NCBI GenBank assembly: GCA_937925845.1
Contig: CALAML010000045.1
Span: 1,616 to 65,615 of the forward strand
Length of the DNA: 64,000 nucleotides
Source of the DNA: an uncultured Acidimicrobiales bacterium
Lineage (GTDB): Bacteria > Actinomycetota > Acidimicrobiia > Acidimicrobiales > CALAML01
Direction: 5' to 3'
Shown: positions 50,904-60,524 of the stretch, one piece after another
Layout of the letters: the number at the start of each line of letters is the position of its first letter
How positions within the stretch are numbered: the stretch's first letter is position 1
Program-made: the position numbers and the translations under genes
The notes under the pieces: generated by a model
The model's input: the letters and a program-made list of their open reading frames with translations, nothing else
Databases searched by the model: none
What the model was told of the DNA's origin: nothing

Positions 50904-53477
50904 CTATTTCTCGGGTTCGATTACTCCGGCGAGTTCGAGGAGGCGGTAGGGCGGGAGGTACTGCTCCGTGACCTGCACGCCGAGAGCATCGGACACGGCG
51001 TTGGTGAGGGCGGCCGGGGCGCCGATCATGCCGCCCTCGCCGGTGCCTCGGGCGTCGTTCTCGCCTTCGGTCAGCGTCTCCATGTGCTCGATCTCTATGT
51101 TGGGGATCTCCATCGCTGTCGGCACCAGGTAGTCCATATAGGTGGTCGACATCAGATTGGCGTTGTCGTCGTAGTGGGTTCGCTCGTAGAAGACCGCCCC
51201 GATGCCCTGGGCCACGCCACCACGCACCTGGCCGTCGACCACACCAGGGTTGATGATCGGACCACAGTCCTCCACCACCAAGTAGCGGGGGATCTCCACC
51301 TCGCCGGTCTCCAGGTCGATGTCAACCCAAGCGACGTGGGTGGCCACCGACCAACCGCCGTTGCCCACCCCCTCGTACTTCATCGCCTCCATAAACGCCG
51401 GCTCGTCGGTGATGTTGCGATCCGCCGCGACCTTCCCGGCGACATCGGCGTAGCTGATGCCGCGTGACGGCACGCCGGCCACATGGATGTTGCCGTCGAT
51501 GATGTCGATGTCGTCCACCGAGGCCTCCAGCATGTCGGCGGCTACCTTCTCGACCTGCTGACGGAGCTCACGGGCGGTCATTCGCATCACGCCGCCACCC
51601 ATGGGCCCGCCCCGTGAGCCGCCGGTGCCGAGGAAACTGAACTGGGTGCGATCGGTATCGCCCCAGACGATCTCGACGTCCTCCATCTTCACCCCGAACT
51701 CATCGGCGGCCACCTGTTTGTAGGTGGTCTGATGGCTCTGGCCGTGAGGGCTCTGCGAGGTGAACATGCGAATGGTGCCGTCGGTGCCGATCTCGGCCCG
51801 CCCGTCCTCGTAGACAAAAAGGTCGGTGCCGGGCTGGACCGAACTGAAGAAGTTGGGCGGCCCGGGGGCGGCCTCGTGATACGAAGCGATCCCCAGCCCG
51901 AGTCGATGGCCTCGCCCTTCGGCGTCGGCCTTGTCTCGCTTCAACTGATCGAAGTCGATCATCTCCAAAGCCCGGTCGAAGGTCTTGGCCACCGACATGG
52001 TCTCGTCGATGGTGGGGCCGGTGATAAAGGCGTCAGGCATCGACACGCCCTCGCGCATCACGTTGCGGGAGCGAATCTCCACCGGGGTCAGACCCAACTC
52101 CGCGGCTACTAGATCGAGCATCCGCTCGCGAGCCCATGTCTCGTTGGCCCATGGGCCGCGGTAGGGGACCACCCGGCCCTTGTTGGTGGTGACGATCTTG
52201 CTTGTGATCTCGAAGGCGTCCAGGTTGTACGGACCCGGGAAATAGACCTTCCACAGCAGTGCGATCAACGCCGGCGCCACCGGGAAGCCGGTGTACGCGC
52301 CCTGGTCGAGCACAGCATCGACCCGCAGGCCCTTCAACATGCCGTCGTTGTCGACGGCGACGGACATGGTGAAGCGTTCCTCGCGGGCCTGGCCACCGTC
52401 GAGCAGATTCTCCACCCGATCCTCGATCCACTGCACCGACCGACCCAACTCCGACGCCGCAGCGGCAACAGCAACGTCCTCGCGAGCCACCGGACCCTTC
52501 GACCCGAAAGCGCCACCGATATCGGCGGCCATCACGGTGGGGTAGTCGTCGGCGGCGAGCAACCCGGCACCCATGCGCAGCTGATGCAGCATGGTCGAGG
52601 GGTCCTTCTTCAACTGCGAAACCATGCCCGAGTTGTCCTGTTGGGCCATCTTTTCTTTGTTGGCTGCAACAAAGTCCTTCGCCGCGGCCAAGAAGGCGCT
52701 TCGGCGCTCGGAGTTGCGGGCGAACTTGGCCAAGCTGGCGGCGGTCGAGTCCTTCACCAGCATGGCGGCGATGGCCCACTTCTTAAAGTGGGGCGCCTGG
52801 GACGTGCTGTGGATATCGAGGTGCCCGGTGGTGGGATCGACCACGACGGCGATGCCCCGGGTCTCCATCGGCTGATTGGACTGGCGCGGGCAATCGAAGG
52901 TTTTGGTGATCACCCGATCGGCCTGGTTGAAGGCCTCGTCGACATCGCCGAAAGTGTCGGTGAACTCGCCCAGTACGTTGCCGTCGGCCTTCTCCCACAG
53001 CTGGGTGCGGCCGGGCTTCAACGCGGCATCGATGCTGCCGATGGCCTCAAGGTCCTCGTAGTCCACCTCGATCAGTTCCAGCGCATCCTCGGCGATGTAG
53101 CGGGACTCGGCCACCACCAAGGCAACCGGGTCGCCGATGTGGCGCACCCGATCGTCGGACATGCACGAGTACAGCGGCGTGTACAGGCCACCAACGGTAA
53201 AGAAGGGGATAAACGGGTTGGTCACCGCGTTCAGTTCAGCGCCGGTGAACACCTTCACCACACCGGGAAGGCGCGACGCCGCGGCGACGTCGATCGAGTT
53301 GATCTTGGCGTGGGCGAAGGGGCTGCGGGCGAAGGCGGCGTGCAACATGCCCTCATGGTTGAGATCCGCAATGAACTTGCCTTCGCCAACCAGGAAACGT
53401 TCGTCTTCGACCCGCTTCACCCGCTGGCCGACAAACCCGAGACCCGACGACTGGCGGTCGGTGGTGGCTGAACTCAT
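50904..53477 (-). CDS. xanthine dehydrogenase/CoxL-family molybdopterin-binding large subunit
   Basis: 857 aa from ATG 53477 (ATGA overlap with the small-subunit stop). N-terminal …FVGQRVKRVEDERFLVGEGKFIADL… and the GGxFG-type motif ADIGGAFGSKG. I see no AYxCSFR CO-dehydrogenase loop. Confidence 0.9.
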   Translation of the reverse strand: MSSATTDRQSSGLGFVGQRVKRVEDERFLVGEGKFIADLNHEGMLHAAFARSPFAHAKINSIDVAAASRLPGVVKVFTGAELNAVTNPFIPFFTVGGLYTPLYSCMSDDRVRHIGDPVALVVAESRYIAEDALELIEVDYEDLEAIGSIDAALKPGRTQLWEKADGNVLGEFTDTFGDVDEAFNQADRVITKTFDCPRQSNQPMETRGIAVVVDPTTGHLDIHSTSQAPHFKKWAIAAMLVKDSTAASLAKFARNSERRSAFLAAAKDFVAANKEKMAQQDNSGMVSQLKKDPSTMLHQLRMGAGLLAADDYPTVMAADIGGAFGSKGPVAREDVAVAAAASELGRSVQWIEDRVENLLDGGQAREERFTMSVAVDNDGMLKGLRVDAVLDQGAYTGFPVAPALIALLWKVYFPGPYNLDAFEITSKIVTTNKGRVVPYRGPWANETWARERMLDLVAAELGLTPVEIRSRNVMREGVSMPDAFITGPTIDETMSVAKTFDRALEMIDFDQLKRDKADAEGRGHRLGLGIASYHEAAPGPPNFFSSVQPGTDLFVYEDGRAEIGTDGTIRMFTSQSPHGQSHQTTYKQVAADEFGVKMEDVEIVWGDTDRTQFSFLGTGGSRGGPMGGGVMRMTARELRQQVEKVAADMLEASVDDIDIIDGNIHVAGVPSRGISYADVAGKVAADRNITDEPAFMEAMKYEGVGNGGWSVATHVAWVDIDLETGEVEIPRYLVVEDCGPIINPGVVDGQVRGGVAQGIGAVFYERTHYDDNANLMSTTYMDYLVPTAMEIPNIEIEHMETLTEGENDARGTGEGGMIGAPAALTNAVSDALGVQVTEQYLPPYRLLELAGVIEPEK

Positions 53478-53986
53478 GATGACTTGCCTCCCATCAGCTG
53501 CACCGCGGTCTCGACGCCATCGACAATCGACTGATAGCCGGTGCAGCGACACAGGTTGCCGCTCAACTCCTCACGAATCTCGGCTTCGGTTGGCTCGGGG
53601 TTGTCACGAAGAAGCGCCACAGTGGACATCAGGAAGCCGGGGGAGCAGAAGGCGCACTGGAAGCTCATGGCATCGTGCATCGCCTGCTGGACCGGATGCA
53701 TACCAGCGTCGGTAGCCAGGCCCTCGATCGTGGTGATCTCCACGCCATCGGCCTGCACCGCCAACATCAGACAGGCCCGAGACGGTTCGCCATCGGCCAG
53801 CACCGTGCAGGCCCCACACACCCCGTGCTCGCAGCCGAGATGGGTTCCGGTCAGGCCGACGTCTTCACGGATCACATCGGCGAGCGAACGCCGAGGATCG
53901 ACCTCGAGCGAGTGAGAGGTGCCGTTGACCTGAAGGTTGACGGCGATGGTCTCACCAGGGGCGGCGCTTACGGAAGGTTGGCTCAT
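53474..53986 (-). CDS. (2Fe-2S)-binding small subunit of molybdenum hydroxylase (CoxS-like)
   Basis: It has two [2Fe-2S] cysteine clusters: …GCEHGVCGACTV… and …QCAFCSPGF…CRCTGY…. Confidence 0.9.
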   Translation of the reverse strand: MSQPSVSAAPGETIAVNLQVNGTSHSLEVDPRRSLADVIREDVGLTGTHLGCEHGVCGACTVLADGEPSRACLMLAVQADGVEITTIEGLATDAGMHPVQQAMHDAMSFQCAFCSPGFLMSTVALLRDNPEPTEAEIREELSGNLCRCTGYQSIVDGVETAVQLMGGKSS

Positions 53987-54855
53987 GCGGGGACTCCGAT
54001 GCGGTCGTGGGCTTCGGCCAGGCCTCTGCGGGTAAGGACTCCGGCGAGGTGGAGACGGTAGGCGGCGGTGGCGTGGATATCGCCCTCGGGTTCAAGGGTG
54101 TCGGTGACGACGTCGGCCGCAGCCTGATAGGTCGCTTCGGATGGAGCCTGGCCCAGCAGCACATTCTCTGCTTCCGCAATACGAACCGGGGTGCTGGCCA
54201 CGCTGAAGAAGGCCAGAGCGGCACCGTTGATCACGTTGTCGGCCACATCCAGAGCGCAGGCCACGCCACACATGGCGTAGTCACCGTGGCGTCGGCTCAC
54301 CTCCACAACGGTGCCCGAGGTGGTGGGGCCCCAAGCGGGAAAGCTCACACCGGTCAGGATCTCGTTCGGCTCGATGGCGGTGGTGAAGAAACCCTGGAAG
54401 AAATCGGGGGCGGCAACATTACGTGTCCCTTCAGCTGAAGCCAGGTGCATGGTGGCGCTCGTGGCCAGACACACCGCTGGCATCTCCGCTGCGGAGTCGG
54501 CGTGGGCGATGCTGCCGACCACGGTGCCCCGGTTACGGATGGCCCGGTGACCCACGTGCGGTAGTGCCGCGGCCACGAGAGGTGTGTATTCGGCGACCTC
54601 GGCTGAGTGCTCGGCCTCGGCGTGACGAACCATGGCGCCGATAGTCACCGCGGTGTCGCTGACCTCGATCGACTTCAGCTCCTCAAGGGTTCCGATGTCG
54701 ATGACGTGGGCTGGCGGCCCAAGTCGCAGGGCCATCACCGGCAGCAGGCTCTGCCCGCCGGCCAGGATTTTCCCGTCGTCACCAAACTCGGCCAGCAGAG
54801 CCAGAGCCTCGTCGAGGGTTGCTGGTCGGTGGTAGTGAAACGGTGGGTTCTTCAT
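53983..54855 (-). CDS. FAD-binding medium subunit of molybdenum hydroxylase (CoxM-like)
   Basis: …FHYHRPATLDEALALL…KILAGGQSLLPVM… is the FAD_binding_5 opening. ATGA overlap with the small-subunit gene. Confidence 0.9.
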   Translation of the reverse strand: MKNPPFHYHRPATLDEALALLAEFGDDGKILAGGQSLLPVMALRLGPPAHVIDIGTLEELKSIEVSDTAVTIGAMVRHAEAEHSAEVAEYTPLVAAALPHVGHRAIRNRGTVVGSIAHADSAAEMPAVCLATSATMHLASAEGTRNVAAPDFFQGFFTTAIEPNEILTGVSFPAWGPTTSGTVVEVSRRHGDYAMCGVACALDVADNVINGAALAFFSVASTPVRIAEAENVLLGQAPSEATYQAAADVVTDTLEPEGDIHATAAYRLHLAGVLTRRGLAEAHDRIGVPA

Positions 54856-54889
54856 ACACAGACACTCCCGCGAGTCCTGGATTCATCTC

Positions 54890-54937
54890 GGCGTCTATTG
54901 CGCCGACAGGCTAGCAAGGCGTCTATCGCTACGACAG
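54890..54937. promoter_or_regulatory. two copies of a ~20-nt direct repeat in a divergent promoter region
   Basis: GGCGTCTATTGCGCCGACAGG (54890-54910) and GGCGTCTATCGCTACGACAG (54918-54937), phased 28 nt apart. They lie between the molybdenum-hydroxylase operon (-) and the ABC-exporter operon (+). Confidence 0.4.
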
Positions 54938-55011
54938 TGGAGGTAGTTCGGCAACTGCACCGCGACGCCACCGGAAAGATGCCTGTTATGGACGCAGGGT
55001 TGTGAAACCTG

Positions 55012-56049
55012 ATGAGCGGTGAGATCGGTAGGCTCGCACTGGTGAAGTCTGTGCTGATTGCGGCCGGACTGGTCGTAGCAACGTTTGCCGCTGGGGGTTG
55101 TGCCGACAATCTCGAACCGCGTCGCCAGGAGCGCGGCGTCGTCGCCGTGTCCGGCGAAGATGCCGGGCCTGATTCACCTCGCCAAACAGTGGTGATCGAA
55201 GAGTCTCCCGACGTCGGTGGCGTCACAGTAAACGCGGTGGTGGTCGGGCGCGACTCCGTTGAAGTGCGTACCCCAACGGCGGGGTTGGTGGCCGACGCCA
55301 TGGTCGAGCCGGGCGATCGGGTTCTCGTGGGCGATCCGCTCGTTCGGATTCGCCGGACCAGTGAAGAGATCGAACTCGAACGCGAGATCGTGCAGTTGGA
55401 GATCGAGCTGGCCGAAACCCGGGATGACCCCGATGCTCTCGCCGCAGCCCGAGCCCGGCTTGGCGCCCTCGACACCAGCCTCTCGACGGTGCTCATCGCG
55501 CCCGCCGACGGCACCGTCGCCTCGGTGGTGGGCCGGGTGTGGACCGACGTCGAGGTTGATGATGTCATCGTTCGGTTGAGCGACCCCACCGACACGGTGC
55601 TCCGAGCCGAGTTCGCCGACGATGTCACCGACATCGTGCAGGTGGGCGACATCGTCGAGTTCGGAGAGCGTGGTCCCGGTCAGGACCCGATCACGGCCGC
55701 AGTCGCCTCGATTCGGTCCACCGATGATGGGGGCACGGTGATGAACTTTGACCTCGATGCCGGTGCCGCGGTCGGCTCCGACGATTCGGACGAGACAGGG
55801 AATTCGGCCGACGGCGCCGTGGAACTCGCTCTCGGCGACCGACTGCGGGGCCGGGTGCTGATCCAAGCGGCGGCGGGCCGAGTGTGGGTACCGGTTGAAT
55901 CCATCCACCGTCCGGGACGCGGTTCGTACCTCCTCAAGACCGATGATCACGGCCGCCTGGTTCGGGTGGAGCCCAACTTTGGTCGCCGCACCGAAACCCA
56001 TGTCTCAGCGACCGGTCTCAACGTTGGCGACACCCTGGTGCTGCCATGA
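55012..56049 (+). CDS. HlyD/MacA-like periplasmic adaptor (membrane-fusion-type) lipoprotein
   Basis: A lipobox-like FAAGGC follows the hydrophobic N-terminus. Biotin-lipoyl-like hairpin halves (VRTPTAGLVADAMVEPGDRVLVGDPLVRI … VLIAPADGTVASV) flank a coiled segment (EIELEREIVQLEIELAE). Confidence 0.7.
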   Translation: MSGEIGRLALVKSVLIAAGLVVATFAAGGCADNLEPRRQERGVVAVSGEDAGPDSPRQTVVIEESPDVGGVTVNAVVVGRDSVEVRTPTAGLVADAMVEPGDRVLVGDPLVRIRRTSEEIELEREIVQLEIELAETRDDPDALAAARARLGALDTSLSTVLIAPADGTVASVVGRVWTDVEVDDVIVRLSDPTDTVLRAEFADDVTDIVQVGDIVEFGERGPGQDPITAAVASIRSTDDGGTVMNFDLDAGAAVGSDDSDETGNSADGAVELALGDRLRGRVLIQAAAGRVWVPVESIHRPGRGSYLLKTDDHGRLVRVEPNFGRRTETHVSATGLNVGDTLVLP

Positions 56050-56062
56050 GTTGGTCCCGACC

Positions 56063-58921
56063 ATGAGGCTGGCGCGGGCATTTTTTGCCGACCTGCGGCT
56101 GGCCGCAGCCCGGTTGCGGGCCGAGCTGTTTTCGACCCTCGCTTTGATCGTGGTGCTCAGCCCGACGGTGGCGGTGTGGCTGGCTACCCCGCTCTACGCC
56201 GAGTCGGCCAGCACCCGACTGCTCGCCGGACGCATCGGCGAGCAGCGGGTCGACGGCGCGTCGGAGCGACCATTCGGCTACCTGCTCACCTACGACCGGT
56301 TAGCGGGCGGAGGCACCCGTTCCGCTCCCGAGGCCCAGACCGTTACCGACTACCTCCTCGACGACACCACAACACCTCTCGGCGCGACGCTTCGTGATCA
56401 TCGCGTGCTGCGGTCGAGCCAGCCGGTGGAGGTGGCCGACCCTAGCGACGTTGGCTCGCTTGGTCGGTTGGCGGTCAGCTCGATGAACGGCTTTGCCCGT
56501 GGCGTGCAGTTCGTGGCCGGCGCGGCGCCCGGAGTAACAGCCGACGCTCAGTCGGAGAACGGGGCCGCAGCCGACACCGGCCGTATCGGTGCCGCACTGC
56601 GAGCCGACCTGGCGGCCGAATTTGGGTGGTCGGTCGGCCAGGAGTTTGAACTCTTCGACCCCCAGGCCCGGTTCGCCGGCGGTCAGGAAACGGCCCAGCT
56701 CGTGCTGAGCGGTATTTGGGAACCACTCTCTGAGCCCTTGGTGGCCGACCGCTTCATCACCGCCGGCAACCTGAACGACAGCCTGGTGGTACAAGACGCT
56801 GCCTTCGTCGAGCTCTTCGGCGACGCATCGGTGGTGTCAGCCGTGCGTTGGCTGTTGCTGCTCGACGCCGACCGGGTGACCACCGATGACGTTGACGGAC
56901 TGCTCCGACGCGGGACCTCGGTGGGACGCGACGTTGAAGACCTGATGCGAGGGACCCGCGTGGCCCTCGATCCCGCCGATGCTCTCGCCGACTACCAGGC
57001 CAACGTTGAGCGCCTTGACCAGGGCCTGCGAAACTTTGCCCTACCGGCGCTGGTTCTCGCCATGGCCATCGCCACGTTCGGGGTATGGATGCGCTGGAAC
57101 TCCCGCCGGGCCGAGCTGTTGCTGCTCCGCCGTCGCGGCGTATCCAAACTCCGCCTCCTCGGTCCGGTAACGATCGAGGCGTTGGTCACCACGTTGGTGG
57201 CGGTGTCCCTCGGCCTGGCGCTGGCGGTGGTGTTGGCTCGGGTCATGGGCCGGGCAACCACCTTCCTGCGCTTCGACGGCGACGACCCGCTCACCCTGGT
57301 GTTGAACAGCCGGGTCCAGCAGCCGGCGATCTGGGCCGCGCTCGCAGTATTTGTGCTGCAGCTGATTCCGGCCGTCCTGGCCTCCCGGGTCGATCTGGCG
57401 GGTGAGGCTCGGACTTCGACAGGCGGTATCCGTCAGCCATGGTGGCAACGAACCCGCCTCGATCTCGTCGTGGTGGCCGGGGTGGCGCTGTTTGCCGCAT
57501 TCGTATTGCGCTCAGATGTAGTCGGGTCCGAACTGCTCGACGAACCAGCCGTGGTGCTGTTGCCCGCGCTCACTTCGTTGGCCGTAGCTTTGGTGGCGGT
57601 ACGGCTTCTCTCATGGCTGGCGGGCTTGGTGGCCACCGCCGTCACCCGCACCCGCGGCACCTCGCTGGCGATCGCGTCTCGACGCCTGGCGCGCGGCGGC
57701 AGCCTGATCGCACCGGCGCTGATGCTGCTGGTCATCACCGGAGCCCTCGCGGTCTACACCGGCTCGCTGGCCCGCACCCTCGACCTGCAACTGCTCGACC
57801 GTGAACATCATCGGGTGGGCGCGGAGTTGGCCATCGAAGACGACCCGGGGACCCAGGCGGCGTCACAGTTCGGCATCGTTGACGGCGTGCCCGTGCCGCT
57901 CGAGGTGCGCCCCCAGGCTTACGATCCTGAGCTCTATGGCCGGGTGTGGGGCGTGGAGCGGGCGTCGCGGATGGCTCGGCTCGCAGGCCAGATCAGCCCC
58001 ACGGCCGGAGGCGACCCCATCGCGGTCAACATCACCGCAATCGATCCCACCACCTTCGCCCAAGCCGCCTTCTGGCGCGACGACTACGCCCGTCGAGCGC
58101 TGCCCGAACTGATGACCGACCTCACCACCATCCCCGACGCCATGCTCCTGCCCGACCGGGTCATCGGCCAGCGTTCGCTTCGCATCGGCGACACCGTTCG
58201 AGCCCGGGTGCCGCTCGGCGGTAGCTCGGTCGACAGCGAGTTTGTCCTGGTGGGGTCATTCTCCCAGTTCCCGGGTTGGATCCCGGCTAGGGACAACCCT
58301 CCCGCAGTAGTGGTGCTCGCCGACCTCGAAGCCCGCGCCGGTCGTAACGTAGCCCGGCAGGTGTTCTATTCGATCGATGACGGCCGTCGCGACGATGCTC
58401 AGACCCGCGCCGACTTCCAACGCCTGGGCATCGGGACTCAGCGACCAGCCTCGGCCGCCGACCGGGTGAACCGGCTCCAGGCCCGACCCGACCGTCAGGG
58501 AGTCTTCGGCGTCTTGTCGATGACGTTCGGGCTGTCGCTGGCGCTGACGGTTGCCGCGCTGGTGGCATCAACCACGTTCGGTTTCAGTCGCCAACGAATC
58601 GAGCTCGGGGTGTTGCGAGCCCAGGGCCTATCAGCCACCCAGCTGGCTGCGGTCGTCGGGTTCGAACTCCTTGCCGTTGGCGTGGTCGGAATCGGCCTGG
58701 CATTGGCGACCGGCTTGGCCATGGCCAAGTGGTACCTGCCACGCCTGATCGGCGATCCGGCGAACGCGGCGCCCCGGCTGCTCACCGAAATCGACTGGGC
58801 CACCAGCTTCGGTGTAGCCGCGGCTCTGGCGGCGCTGATTGCGATGCTCACCGTGGTCACGCTGTTGTTGTGTCGTCGGATGCGTCTGTTCGAAGCCACC
58901 AAGGTCGGGGTGGCCTCATGA
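56063..58921 (+). CDS. FtsX/MacB-type ABC transporter permease with two FtsX modules
   Basis: 952 aa from ATG 56063. It has two large extracytoplasmic loops, each followed by a 3-4-helix FtsX-like bundle. The ORF upstream of 56063 overlaps the adaptor gene out of frame. Confidence 0.85.
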   Translation: MRLARAFFADLRLAAARLRAELFSTLALIVVLSPTVAVWLATPLYAESASTRLLAGRIGEQRVDGASERPFGYLLTYDRLAGGGTRSAPEAQTVTDYLLDDTTTPLGATLRDHRVLRSSQPVEVADPSDVGSLGRLAVSSMNGFARGVQFVAGAAPGVTADAQSENGAAADTGRIGAALRADLAAEFGWSVGQEFELFDPQARFAGGQETAQLVLSGIWEPLSEPLVADRFITAGNLNDSLVVQDAAFVELFGDASVVSAVRWLLLLDADRVTTDDVDGLLRRGTSVGRDVEDLMRGTRVALDPADALADYQANVERLDQGLRNFALPALVLAMAIATFGVWMRWNSRRAELLLLRRRGVSKLRLLGPVTIEALVTTLVAVSLGLALAVVLARVMGRATTFLRFDGDDPLTLVLNSRVQQPAIWAALAVFVLQLIPAVLASRVDLAGEARTSTGGIRQPWWQRTRLDLVVVAGVALFAAFVLRSDVVGSELLDEPAVVLLPALTSLAVALVAVRLLSWLAGLVATAVTRTRGTSLAIASRRLARGGSLIAPALMLLVITGALAVYTGSLARTLDLQLLDREHHRVGAELAIEDDPGTQAASQFGIVDGVPVPLEVRPQAYDPELYGRVWGVERASRMARLAGQISPTAGGDPIAVNITAIDPTTFAQAAFWRDDYARRALPELMTDLTTIPDAMLLPDRVIGQRSLRIGDTVRARVPLGGSSVDSEFVLVGSFSQFPGWIPARDNPPAVVVLADLEARAGRNVARQVFYSIDDGRRDDAQTRADFQRLGIGTQRPASAADRVNRLQARPDRQGVFGVLSMTFGLSLALTVAALVASTTFGFSRQRIELGVLRAQGLSATQLAAVVGFELLAVGVVGIGLALATGLAMAKWYLPRLIGDPANAAPRLLTEIDWATSFGVAAALAALIAMLTVVTLLLCRRMRLFEATKVGVAS

Positions 58922-59826
58922 CCGCCAAGCCGTTTATCGAGTGCCGTCAGCTGGTGAAGATCTTCAAGGTGGCCGGCTCAGAAGTGATGGCGCTTCAGGG
59001 CCTTGACCTGACGGTGGAAAAGGGTGAGATCGTGGCCGTGGTCGGTGCCAGCGGCAGCGGTAAGTCCACCCTGATGGGTGTGCTCGCCGGGCTGGTCCGA
59101 CCCACCGGCGGAACGGTTCGGGTGGCCGATCGGGAGCTGACCACGGAGTCGAGCGCGGCGCTGGAGTCGTATCGGCGCGAGATGGTCGGGGTGGTTTGGC
59201 ACGACCCGGCCCAGAGTGTTCTGCCCTACCTCGACGCCCGAGCCAACGTCGCCCTGGCCCTCGAACTCCAGGGGCGAGGTGGAGCGCGGACTCGGGCCGA
59301 CGAACTGCTTGAGAGTGTCGGCCTGGGCCATCGGGCTCGGCGACGGCCCAAACACCTTTCCGGGGGAGAGGCGCAGCGGTTGGCACTGGCGGTGGCTTTG
59401 GCTCCAGAGCCCACCCTGTTGCTCGCCGATGAACCGACCGGCGCGCTCGATCGCGCCACCACCCGTGAGCTGCTGACCCTACTGCGCACGCTGACCACCG
59501 AGACCGGTCTCACCCAGGTGGTCGTGACCCACGACGACGAAGTGGCCGACTTCGCCGATCGGGTGGTCGCTATCCGTGATGGCCGGGTGCAGGCCGAGCG
59601 GCGGGCCGATGGGTCCGGCGACGAGCTGTCGGTGATCGACAACCTCGGTCGTCTTCAACTCACCGATGCCCAATTGGCGTCGCTGGGCGACTCCCGACGG
59701 GTCACGGTGCATCACCGCGACGGCTTGCTCGAGCTGGTGCCCGAGAGCGGTCCCGCGGTGACAGAGTCGAATAGAGACCCGTCGACCCCAGCGGATCAGG
59801 CAGCCGACGGGGAGATGGATCGATGA
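58918..59826 (+). CDS. ABC transporter ATP-binding protein (MacB/LolD-like) with ~70-aa C-terminal extension
   Basis: Walker A GASGSGKST, signature LSGGEAQR, Walker B LLLADEPTGALD. ATGA overlap with the permease stop. Confidence 0.9.
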   Translation: MTAKPFIECRQLVKIFKVAGSEVMALQGLDLTVEKGEIVAVVGASGSGKSTLMGVLAGLVRPTGGTVRVADRELTTESSAALESYRREMVGVVWHDPAQSVLPYLDARANVALALELQGRGGARTRADELLESVGLGHRARRRPKHLSGGEAQRLALAVALAPEPTLLLADEPTGALDRATTRELLTLLRTLTTETGLTQVVVTHDDEVADFADRVVAIRDGRVQAERRADGSGDELSVIDNLGRLQLTDAQLASLGDSRRVTVHHRDGLLELVPESGPAVTESNRDPSTPADQAADGEMDR

Positions 59827-60524
59827 CCGTCGTAGTGGACGACGTGCACCGGCGTTTCGGCTCCGGCGACACCGCCATCGACGTGCTGCGAGGCGTTGAC
59901 CTTCTTGTGGCTGAGGGGGAAACGGTGGCGTTGATGGGACCGTCGGGAAGTGGCAAGACCACGCTGTTGAACTGCATGCTCGCGCTCGACACGCCCGATC
60001 AGGGCACCATCGAAGTGGCAGGTACGGCGCTGTCGACCCTCAGCTACGAACAAGCTGTGGCCTGGCGTCGAACCACCACCGGCATCGTGTTCCAAACCGG
60101 CGCACTGCTGCCATACCTCACTGCGGCCGAAAACGTTGAGGTCGCCCTGCGCCTGGCTGGTATCGATTGGCGGGAGCGCCAGCGCCGGATCGACTCGCTC
60201 TTCAGCCAGATCGGCCTGGGTGAGTTCGGCCAAAAGCTGCCGGCTGAGCTCTCCGGTGGTCAACGCCAGCGAGTCGCTCTGTGTCGGGCACTGGTGCTGC
60301 GACCAACCATTCTGATCGCGGACGAACCAACCGCGGAGCTCGACTCCGATACCGCCGCAGTGGTGCTCGATCTCCTCGAGGCCGAACGCCGAGCCCATGA
60401 CACCACAACGGTGTTGGCCACCCACGACCACCGGGTGGCGGCCCGAGCCGACCGGGTTGTGGAGATGGCGTCGGGAAAGCTCCACGAGCCGGCTGCCTCA
60501 ACACCCCCGTTGGAGGCATCGTGA
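59823..60524 (+). CDS. second ABC transporter ATP-binding protein
   Basis: Walker A GPSGSGKTT, signature LSGGQRQR, Walker B ILIADEPTAELD. ATGA overlap with the upstream ATPase gene. Confidence 0.9.
   Translation: MTVVVDDVHRRFGSGDTAIDVLRGVDLLVAEGETVALMGPSGSGKTTLLNCMLALDTPDQGTIEVAGTALSTLSYEQAVAWRRTTTGIVFQTGALLPYLTAAENVEVALRLAGIDWRERQRRIDSLFSQIGLGEFGQKLPAELSGGQRQRVALCRALVLRPTILIADEPTAELDSDTAAVVLDLLEAERRAHDTTTVLATHDHRVAARADRVVEMASGKLHEPAASTPPLEAS

Noticed and set aside
55895-56062. 5' extension of the FtsX permease ORF and of the first ATPase ORF (58729-58917).
   Set aside because: Both extensions overlap the preceding genes out of frame. The internal ATGs at 56063 and 58918 give typical N-termini and ATGA coupling.
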